NCBI GenBank assembly: GCA_000697335.1
Contig: JNEM01009963.1
Coordinates: forward strand, 1 to 41,591
Length of the DNA stretch: 41,591 nt
Direction of reading: 5' to 3'
Origin: Conidiobolus incongruus B7586
Taxonomy: Eukaryota
The notes beneath the pieces were generated by a model, which saw only the letters and a program-made list of their open reading frames with translations, was not told where the DNA came from and did not search any database. Made by a program: the position numbers and the translations under genes. The number at the start of each line of letters is the position of its first letter. Within the stretch, counting starts at the first letter, position 1. Shown piece by piece: positions 1 through 10,377 of this stretch.

Positions 1-167
1 TATAAATTATAAACAACAATACTCACAATAAATTTATTTCAAGTAGGAAACAATTTGGAAAATGAATTCAATAGAAGATGAGAAATGATAGAAAATATAT
101 TGGTCTTTTATATTAATATTTCTAATGTTGATTCATGAATTTAAATGACTCAAAATTAGAAATTTAC

Positions 168-1594
168 TTATTCTTCGTGCATGGCATCATCATCATGATG
201 AACTTCATCACCGTAGTCAGCGTATTCACCATCATCAGCAGTGGCCTCTTGGTATTGTTGATATTCGGAGACGAGATCGTTCATGTTAGATTCAGCTTCA
301 GTAAATTCCATTTCGTCCATACCCTCACCAGTGTACCAATGTAAGAAAGCCTTTCTTCTGAACATAGCAGTGAATTGTTCACCAATACGCTTGAAGAGTT
401 CTTGGATGGCGGTGGAGTTACCAATGAAGGTAGAGCACATCTTAAGATCTTTGGGAGGAATATCACAGACAGCAGTCTTGACAGCGTTGGGGATCCATTC
501 AACGAAGTAAGCGCTGTTCTTGTTTTGAATAGCAAGCATTTGATCGTCAATTTCCTTCATGGATAAGCGACCACGGAACATAGCAGAAACAGTGAGGTAT
601 CTACCATGGCGAGGATCGGAAGCAGCCATCATGTTGCGAGAATCGAACATTTGTTGTGTAAGTTCAGGAACAGACAAGGAACGGTAATCGCGAGATCCTT
701 CGGCGGTTAAAGGAGCGAAACCAACCATAAAGAAGTGTAAACGAGGGAAAGGAATCAAGTTGACAGCGAGTTTACGAAGATCAGCATTAAGTTGACCAGG
801 GAAACGGAGACAAGTGGTAACACCACTCATAACCAAAGAGACCAAATGATTGAGATCACCATAGGTAGGAGTAGAGAGCTTCAAAGTACGGAAGCAGATA
901 TCATAAAGAGCTTCGTTATCAATACAGAAAGTTTCATCAGAATTTTCAACCAATTGATGGACAGATAAAGTAGCATTGTAGGGTTCGACAACAGTATCAG
1001 AAACCTATAGATTAGAAAAGATTATGATAAGAAAAAAGAAAAATTAATATAAGAGATTAACAGTAAATATACCTTAGGAGAAGGAAGAACAGAGAAAGTA
1101 CACATCATACGATCAGGGTATTCTTCACGAATACGAGAGATTAAAAGAGTACCCATACCAGCACCAGTACCACCACCAAGAGAGTGAGTGATTTGGAAAC
1201 CTTGGAGGCAATCACAGTTTTCAGCTTCCTTGCGGACAACATCAAGGACGGAGTCGACAAGTTCGGCGCCTTCAGTGTAGTGACCTTTAGCCCAGTTGTT
1301 ACCGGCACCATTCTGACCATAGACAAAGTTGTCAGGACGGAAAAGGGAACCAAGAGGACCAGTCTTGACAGCATCCATAGTACCAGGTTCAAGATCAACT
1401 AAGACAGCACGGGGAACATAGCGGTTACCACTGACTTCGTTGTAGTATACATTAATTTTATCGAGTTGAAGGTCGTTTTCACCTTTAAATACACCATCAG
1501 CTTGAATGCCGTGTTCTGAAGAGATCACATCCCAGAACTTGACACCAACTTGATTACCACATTGACCGGTTTGTAAGTGAACAATTTCACGCAT
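168..1594 (-). CDS. TUB2: Beta-tubulin, 452 aa, 2 exons (1594-1073, 1004-168)
   Basis: MREIVH start, GGGTGAGMG tubulin signature, [11 protein letters not shown] and VEWIPN motifs. A 68-nt GT..AG intron (1072-1005) joins ...[14 protein letters not shown] in frame. Confidence 0.98.
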
Positions 1595-1760
1595 TTTGAT
1601 ATGTGTTATTAACTAAAAGATTAGTAAATAAAGTTGAATAGAATGAGGCTAAGCAATTCAGATAAGGAAGCGCTTTATATGAAAATCACTGAAATAAAAT
1701 TTATATGGATACATCCATATCATTCATAATTTTACATGTCTCCTAGAACAACTCAATTTC

Positions 1761-1994
1761 ATTGGCCAATTCATTCATTATCTATCAAGATTTATTTGCT
1801 ATTCAAACGTAATAACAATTCATATTGTAACCTTATTGGCTATGATTGTCAGTTCGATTGGTTGATTTTTCATATTCTGACTATATTCAAATATAATCAG
1901 CTTTCATCTTTTATAAAATAGACTAGATCTTGGATTTGATTGGGTGTTATCTCAAATCTTGAATTCCGGTTCAAGATGATTGGCTTAAACCAAT
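1761..1994 (-). promoter_or_regulatory. Cluster of 7 CCAAT boxes upstream of beta-tubulin
   Basis: ATTGG/CCAAT at 1761, 1766, 1835, 1857, 1939, 1979 and 1990, 170-400 bp upstream of the ATG at 1594. TGACGT (CRE-like) lies near 2022. Confidence 0.55.
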
Positions 1995-4900
1995 AGCTTG
2001 TAGGCTATTTCAGAATTTAGCTGACGTAGACATTACCAACAAATTTAACTTATTCTTAGTACTAATCATTTCGATTCGAATTGCCAAATTATTTAAATTT
2101 TCCTATTTACAACCACGAGTTTGAATAGTCTTATTATGTATGATATTAGATGTTAAAACTTTGAATATGAATGGACTATTTGAGATATTTTGTGAAATTG
2201 ATTACTTAATGGAATGCCCTTTTAATCCATTTTAATGAATGATTATTTAATTTTACAATAACTTGCAGGAATTTAAAATTGAAATGAGGTAACAAAACAC
2301 CTAGCGGTAGTTTATTAAATGAGTGATTGAAATTAAGGACTAGGCACTAAATTCTTACAAAATAATAATGATATCCTATCTATTAAGTTACATTATAGTG
2401 ATTATAATTACAAGGTATTACTAACTACTTGAATCATTTAATTAATTGCATATAATATCAATATTATTAGAATATTTCTCAGATTAATCAATATGAATCA
2501 TAGAGTATATTATTTGTAAATATGGTCTATAAATAAAATACTCATTGTGCAAAATCAAGATAAACATTTAAAATAATATATATTACATTTCAATGATAAT
2601 ATATATTCAAATATAAATATGATAAATTTCAGTCAATATACTTCATAAAAATAAAATGTGAAAAGTTGGTAATATGCTTACTAAAATAACCATATAAATA
2701 TATACCAAATTCCTCTTTAATTTGCTGCTATTAGCAATTATCAATCGATATTTTTCATAAGCGTCAAAGAGATTATATTTACAATTGATAATAAATCAAC
2801 CATTTCCAAGAATAATTTATCAAGAGCTCAGCAAGTTTATATTTTAGCAAAATCTAGTTCACAAAATCAATTTAGAGTGTATTAATTTAAAATTATATCT
2901 TTTAATATGAATTGTATGGAAATGCTATTATTGTAAAATTGTAAGATTATTTTAATTGATTTTAGATTTATACGAAAAATTTAATTATTTAATAATTATT
3001 TAAAAAAATCAGATAATGGATATAAGTATTAGTGAAACATTTATAATATCCTATTATTTAGAATAAAATATCAAGATTTGTCTTGGTTAAAATATCTGAG
3101 ATCACTTTGGACAGATTTTACATTTTCAGTATTGATCATTCGTTTAATGCATTTATATCAGAATATTCAATATTTTTCTATTTTTCAAATTGGAGAAATT
3201 ATGTCATACAGTGGTTTAACTAGAGTATCAATCAATGTCATTTTATTTTGTTTAATGTATTTTGGGATATTAATGTAGTTTGAATCTATATCTTAGAATG
3301 GGTTGACTGGTATAAACTGAATAATTTGTTTGATTCGAAATTCCTTGAAAATCAATATCTGTGATCGTTATTCAAATTTCATTTTTAAAGAGGATGCATT
3401 TTAATAATACTCTAATATATCAGTTACTAATCTTGAATACCTTTTACTTTATACTGGGACATAATTTGTAATACTACAATCATTTGAAAATTAAGATATT
3501 TTGGAAAATGTTATACTAGTTAATATCAAATTTTCGAATCATTTAAGCCTTGACCGCTTCAGGTAATTAATAGTAAACATAACATGTATTTTTATATTTA
3601 ATATGCTTAATATTGATTAATTCCATATATCATAAATAAGCTATGTATATTCATGTTATTGATTACAATAAATTATAATTATCATTACTCAATATCGAAT
3701 TTATGTCAAGAAATACTTGCCCAAACTGAATAATATTTCAATTAATATAATATGAATCCATTTTTAAGCATCATATTGGTCTCGAAAAAACGTTAAATGT
3801 TCACATAATCAATTGCCATTAGTACATTATAAAGTTTAATAAAAATATGATTCTAACTAAAATTAAATTATACATATTGTTAAACCTAAACCTAGATTAA
3901 TTGCATTTGCATGTTTTTTCAATCATTTTCATTATATTGAATAAAAATGTAAAATTTCGGATTCCAAGTAGTAAAATTATCATAATCATTATTTATCCAA
4001 AGAATAAAAACTGTATTGCAATATTAAATTAGTATATTTTGTAATAATTGGATAATTGAGTATCTTATTATTTAAGATTTCTAGTTTTAATAAATTACAT
4101 TTAGCAGGGCTATAACATTAAGTGGCATTAGTTATTAGTCATTATTAAACTATTGAAGGCTATCATTTTAATCTCATACTAAAATATATAAATATTTATT
4201 ACTCAAATAAATTTAAGAACAGCTATACCAAAAATAAATAATTTCAATAAAAATACTAATCAATTCGAGCTATTTTTCATCTTGAATAATATAAGCTATT
4301 TATTCGAAATTTATTAAAAATAAACAAACAATTTTTAAGTATGCTTTGGGATAATTAAGTGCTTCTTTTATTATAATGTATAAAACTTACATTGTAATTA
4401 TTACTAAATATTGTGAGTAGATGAAATCGATTCGTTTACAAATCTTGAATACCATATTAACCATTATAATAACTATATAATTTGTAGTTTTATTAAAATT
4501 TAGGGCAAAAGAATAATGTTATAGTAATATTGATATCAGTTACTTTTTTAATAATTATATAATCAAATGATGGATAGAAAATTCTAAAGAATATTCAAAA
4601 ATTCCTATAATAGAAATGTTTTTCGCAATTAGATATATTTTTAATAATTATAAATTACATATTATATTAAAATATTTATATGCTATCTCATTGAACTCTG
4701 TATATAATTTGAAGGTCTAAAGAAAGCAAAGTATTAGTATATTGAACCAGCAGTGTAAAAGATCCAGCTAAATAATAGATCCTGAACTTGTTTATAACTG
4801 TATTAATTAATATTTTTCTTCACGTGACAGTAACCAATCGATGAAATCACTGTTTACAACCCCATTTTAGATATATGCCAATTTCAATTAATAGTAAACA

Positions 4901-5736
4901 TTAATTAGATGTTTTTTTAAAAATCAATTTATAATATGTAATGCGTTAATAAAACGACATACATGTCATTTTTCATAAAACAGATAATTCACTTTGTTTT
5001 AAGATTTATATTATCCATCATTATTAAAATCTAAACTCCAAAATTTGTGATTGCTGTTAAAAGAAGTAGTATTATACCAATAAAATCTATTCCCCTTTTG
5101 ATTAGTGTAAAAATTTATCACAATGAAAAATATAGGATAAGATTAATAACGCTAAGATACAATTATTCAGATATTGAGATAATATAAAGCAAAATTTTAA
5201 GCTTTTGAATTGATATTCACTCAATAATTAATACTTTGTTTAAACTAAATAAATCTTTTATGTAATAATAATGTCAAATTAAGTGGATAATAAACTGCTT
5301 TTTATTAAAAACACCGTAAATTTGGATAGTATCAGATATGATTGCGGATGATTGTCAATAATTACAATTTAACATAGATTAACATCCAAAGAATAGGTTT
5401 TTTCCAAGTTAAAGAAATTCAAACTTTAGCCCATATTTCTGATTATAATCCAATCATATGCACTATTTTTTAGCCTATCTGTCACAATCAGATTAAAATT
5501 TAGTGCAAATCAGAATTCCTCCTAATATTCATTAAATTTAACAAATTTCACACTCATTTTTAATTTAATTGTATTCAATTAAATTTAATAAATTTTATCA
5601 AACTTATCTTTCTTTCGTTTATTATCTTTATTAATATTATAAATAATTCAAAAAAGTACTAATTAATTAATATTATTTAATTTTTATTTATTGAATAAAT
5701 ATTTAGTCTTATATGCTAATATTCATAATATAATCC

Positions 5737-7901
5737 ATGGAATATCAAAACTTGGCTAGATTTTCAAAAGAAGGTATTTGGAATATAAAAGTTTTCAGCC
5801 ATCTAACTGAATATTCTGTTTTAGGCGGCATCGGTGTTTGTATTTATAAAGAGCCTGCAAATTTAGGTCACCAAAGAACAGGAAGTTTAAATTGTAAAAA
5901 AGGTATTAAATTTAAAGACCCTGCTTGAAATTTAATTTATGAAATCACATTTTTGAATAGGTGATATAATTACAATTATTAAGCCTATGGGAGATGGCTT
6001 ATATTTAGTAATTGTTATTTAAATAGTATTATTCTATCTTTATTAAATAGTCAAATTTATTTTAGGGGACTTTTAAAAACCAAGTGGGGCACTTTTTAAT
6101 GGAAGAAGTGGAACTAATCTATCTAAACTTAAGTGCTGCAACACCTCAAGCGCACCCAGACAAATATTCCACTTTTAATTCAATTTTAGCCTCAACTATT
6201 CAGCCTATTACTCTTCCCAATGATTTTCACCAAATTGAAAACATGGATAGTGGAAGGATTATTATGAACACCGATTCTTATACTAGTCAAAAGAGCGAAC
6301 CTATGCCCAGTATTGATAGAATTAAAGTGGATACCACCCCTAAGTTACAACATTTAGAAGTTCCAAAACCTCATAAAAACAATCGAAAGTCTTTTCCTAC
6401 CTTTTCAAAGTTATTTGAATCAGATAATGAAATTCATATCCATTCAAGGCCTAAATTTAAACTGGATCCCAACTCTAACACATCATCCCCATCTACGCCC
6501 AGAAATTCCTCGGAACAAAATAGAGTGCCTTCAGACGATAGTAGAGATATTACTAAATCTGATGGCGATACATTCTATAGCAACCACTCGAATAGCAGTC
6601 AAAATTCTAGTTTCAAATTTTCTATAAGTAATATGAAAAAACAAGCTAGTTCAACCTTACTGAGTACCAAAATTGATCCTTCTTTACTCTTACTTCGCTC
6701 CAAAAAACCCAATTCAAGTAACGAGACATCATCAAATTTCTCAACTTCTTCCTTCAATACATATAGCTCGTTGAAAAATTCATACCGGAAAGCAAACCTA
6801 GATCAGTCAATATGCGTGGATGAATTCGGATTCATCCTAGGACATTCTGATGTCGAAGATGACGACAAGAACGAACACTGGAATGGAGCTGCGCTCTCGT
6901 CTAAAAACGCAGATATGAATTCTGTCAAAGAAAGTAAATGGCTCACCATCTTGAATTATTGGTCTTCTTCTCAAGCTCGGAAATCTTACCGTGTTAAAAA
7001 ATTATTAGAGGCAGGAGCTCCAGAAGGTTTAAGAGGTGAAATTTGGAAATTTCTTGCTAATACCTCGATGTATTATAAACCAGGAAAGTTTGAAGAATTA
7101 CTCAAGATGGATGATGTGCCAATTTTTGAAATTATTGAAAGGGATATTAATCGAACTTATCCCAAACACGTCATGTTTTCAGATTCTGACGGTGCTGGAC
7201 AAAGGGATTTGAATCGAATTTTGAAAGCATATGCTCAGTATAATCCAGATGTTGGATACTGTCAGGGAATGGGAATGTTAGTTGGGCTAATGCTCATGCA
7301 AGGTTTAAATGCTGAAGATACATTTTGGCTCCTTGTCGCTACTATTGATCAATACTTACAAGGGTATTATAGTCCATCTTTGACGCAAGTCAAAATACAT
7401 TGTGAAGTCTTTGACCAATTATTAATGGAAGAAGACTACAAGTTAGCCAAGCATTTAAAGAAGAATGATGTTTCACCATTAATATATATTACTCAATGGT
7501 TTTTAACTGTATTCACCATGACTTTACCTTGGCCTTCAGTATTACGTGTATGGGATTTATTTTATTTTAAAGGTAATTTATTAAGTTTTAAATCATTTTT
7601 CTTAATAATTCATTATCATCATAGGTATCAAAATTTTATTTAGATTCGGATTGTCAATTATGGCAGTCTTAAAAGGTAAATTTATTAAATTCTGATATCC
7701 AAATTAATATTAATAACAATTATTATAATAGATGAAATATTAACGACATGTCCATCAAGTATGGAAATCATACCATTATTACTTCATCCACCTCATCAAA
7801 AATTAACACCGGAAATACTAATGCAAAAATATAAGAAAGTACTATTAAAAACTGCTCACATTCAAAAATTATGTAAAAAAGTTAAAAATAATATTAAATA
7901 A
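5737..7901 (+). CDS. TBC-domain Rab GTPase-activating protein with N-terminal degenerate SH3-like domain, 629 aa, 6 exons (5737-5773, 5825-5902, 5961-6007, 6066-7572, 7625-7675, 7732-7901)
   Basis: TBC catalytic motifs IERDINRT (R finger) and YCQGM (Q finger), plus RGEIWKFL and LRVWDLFYFKG. Five GT..AG introns of 51-58 nt splice to one open frame ending in TAA at 7899-7901. Confidence 0.92.
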
Positions 7902-8297
7902 ATTTATTTATTTAAGAGCATTAACAAAATATTGATACATTATAATCACCATAATATAATTTTTTTTGATTGTTAGAATGCTCAAATTTTTATGGTTTGA
8001 ATTTTAAGGATTAAATTTGATTTTTATTGACCAATCAAATTGTTACAACGACGTTTTAAATATGTGAAAGGGAATATATAAGTTGGATTTGATTCATTAC
8101 AATATAGAAAAATATATTATTCATTTATGGAGTAATTATAGTGGAATAACTTTTCATATTTATTATAAAAGAAATTCAAATCCAACTTTTAAAGAGTGAC
8201 TGATTTTTATTGAATTAAAATGATCCCATATTCAATAAATTGCCATTAAATATTAAAGCAAAAATAATTAAAATTTAAAAATAATCTATTAAATAGC

Positions 8298-8325
8298 GAA
8301 TAGTGAATAGTGAATAGTGAATATT
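8298..8325. repeat. Short tandem repeat (GAATAGT)x3 + GAATATT just upstream of the VMA22 ATG
   Basis: Read directly: gaatagt gaatagt gaatagt gaatatt. Confidence 0.8.
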
Positions 8326-8336
8326 AAATATAAACC

Positions 8337-9159
8337 ATGACTATTGAAGAAATTTGTCAAGAATTAGATAAAACTTTATTAGAGTATTTAAATTTAATTA
8401 ATTTATATCAAAATAGAAGGAAAAGAACGAATTTTTTAATTAATAATGTAATACTTTTTTATTCATTGATATTTTGACTTTATTATTGAATATTATTTAG
8501 GGATTTTTAGAATTGGCTCATTCTAAATACGTTATGGGTCCTAGCAAAATTTCTAAATATCAATATGACCAAAGAATGCAAGCTACGACTAGAGTGTAAT
8601 CTTATTGTCTATACTGAAATCTTTTACATACTAATATATTATTAGACACGTGTCTCCAAGTAAAGATGCGTATAAAAATCAGTTGGAAATTGATGAAGAA
8701 AGTTTTATCAATTATAATTTCACTTTGTTAGAAAACGTTCAGCCGGAAAAGGAGGAGACTCAACCAGAATCGAATAATGGAGATTTTAGTATCGCTAATT
8801 CTACCACAGGATTTAGACACCGTTCCAAATTACCCACCCCCATTGGCAGCAAAAGTATCCATGACGAAGAAGTGGAAGAGGAAGCAAAACAAGCGGAAAT
8901 CAACGATGACAAATACTTGAAAGGGAATGTGAATGGAGCACCTATTCCCATGTCGACATTTACAAGTTCGGCACCCGCAAGGATTGATCCAGTGAACTGG
9001 TTTGGAGTTCTAGTCCCCTCATCATTAAAGAATTCCCAAGCGAATTTTCAACAGTTTTTATTAGAGTCCATGGGATTAATCAACTTAAAATCTCAGATAC
9101 TAGAAACTGAAAAGAAAATTGAAAGTTTAAAATTACAAAAATCAAAATTTTTAAATTAA
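8337..9159 (+). CDS. VMA22: V-ATPase assembly factor Vma22 / CCDC115 family, 239 aa, 3 exons (8337-8447, 8501-8595, 8646-9159)
   Basis: The spliced N-terminus ELDKTLLEYLNLINLYQ...GFLELAHSKYVMG...QYDQRMQA and the C-terminal DPVNWFGVLVPSSLKNSQANF match the family's conserved blocks. Introns are 53 and 50 nt. Confidence 0.88.
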
Positions 9160-9710
9160 AACTTTTTATTAATAATTACTATATAAATTTTTTATTTGTG
9201 TTACATTGTATGTTTATACTAATTTTCATTATCAATATCACTTTATAATTGGCAATACAGCTGTGTCTTTAATTATTCTAAATCAAAAATTTCTATTTTT
9301 CATACTGATATTATTCAACTATTAATCAAAATAATATGTTTAATGGATTTTAAATTCTTATATAATATAAATAGTATAGCTACTCATTTACGAATGTCGT
9401 GAACATAACAATGACTAATAAATTGTATTAATCCTCTTTGTAAATACTCAAATACATTTATACATTACATATATTTACTATTTATATGATAGCTTTTTTG
9501 ATTTAATATTTCAAGTCAAATCCCATAATAAATTTAAATTTCATAAATTTTGTTACAAATAACAGAACTGAGTCTCTAAATACCAACTATTCAAAAAAAA
9601 ATCTACAATTATCTATAAATACTTAACATTAATCATAATAATATTAAACTCATAAACCATTTACATAACACATTATTAGTTACTCAAAATTTTGACATTT
9701 CACAAGTACA

Positions 9711-10377
9711 ATGACCTACAAAGCAAAATATTTAAAATTAAAATCACGTTCTGAAGAGTTAAGAGAAGTAAATAATATAATGACTAAAACCTAAATTTAA
9801 ATAATAATCTCAATAGATTAAATTTAGAAACCTTGAGGAGTTAAAAATTATATGTAAAAAGTGTCATAAATTAAAAATGGAAAATAGGTAATCAATTCAT
9901 AGTTATTCAATACTCTATGTGTTATTAATATTTTTACTTTTGAATAATTTTTAGTCATTTAATAGCTGTTTTAATGAACCTTCGACCTGATTTGCGAGAG
10001 GATAGCGAGTAATTATTGCACACTTCAATAATATCTACTAGCTTTTATTGATAAATTTTATTTAATAGTGTTGATGAGCCTCCAAGTGAAGAAGAAACAG
10101 AAAGTGTAGCATCGTATCAGGAGGATCATTACAGTAACAATTATACCATATTGAATTCAACTTATTAATTAAAATCATCACTAATTTAGGTAAACCCAAA
10201 TCAAATAGCTCTAACGCTTACTCTCAGCATAAACAACCCAAATACAAATCTAATGAATCTGACAATTATAATTATCACAAATATCAAGTAATTTAATATT
10301 TGTGAATTAAATTTAATTATTGATTAATGAACTCTATTTAGAAGTCCAATGTAAATTATAATGATCGTCGTAGATAA
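9711..10377 (+). CDS. Small coiled-coil protein resembling the INO80-complex subunit Iec3/INO80E N-terminus, 126 aa, 6 exons (9711-9767, 9817-9887, 9955-10008, 10069-10133, 10190-10287, 10342-10377)
   Basis: Five canonical GTAA..TAG introns (49-67 nt) give an unbroken frame: MTYKAKYLKLKSRSEELRE...KLKMENSHLIAVLMNLRPDLREDSDVDEPPSEEE...RRR*. The YKxKYxKLK...ENxxLxxxL pattern followed by an acidic patch recalls Iec3/INO80E/TFPT. The gene structure is solid; the family call is inference. Confidence 0.7.

Noticed and set aside
135..1402. Short ORFs overlapping beta-tubulin (135-344, 281-550, 283-510, 375-566, 1141-1398, 1184-1402)
   Set aside because: Antisense or alternate-frame shadows of a codon-biased conserved gene.
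4820..4828. TCACGTG followed by AT-rich DNA as a CDEI/CDEII point centromere
   Set aside because: No CDEIII-like element follows, CDE-type point centromeres are a budding-yeast feature, and AT-richness is general here.
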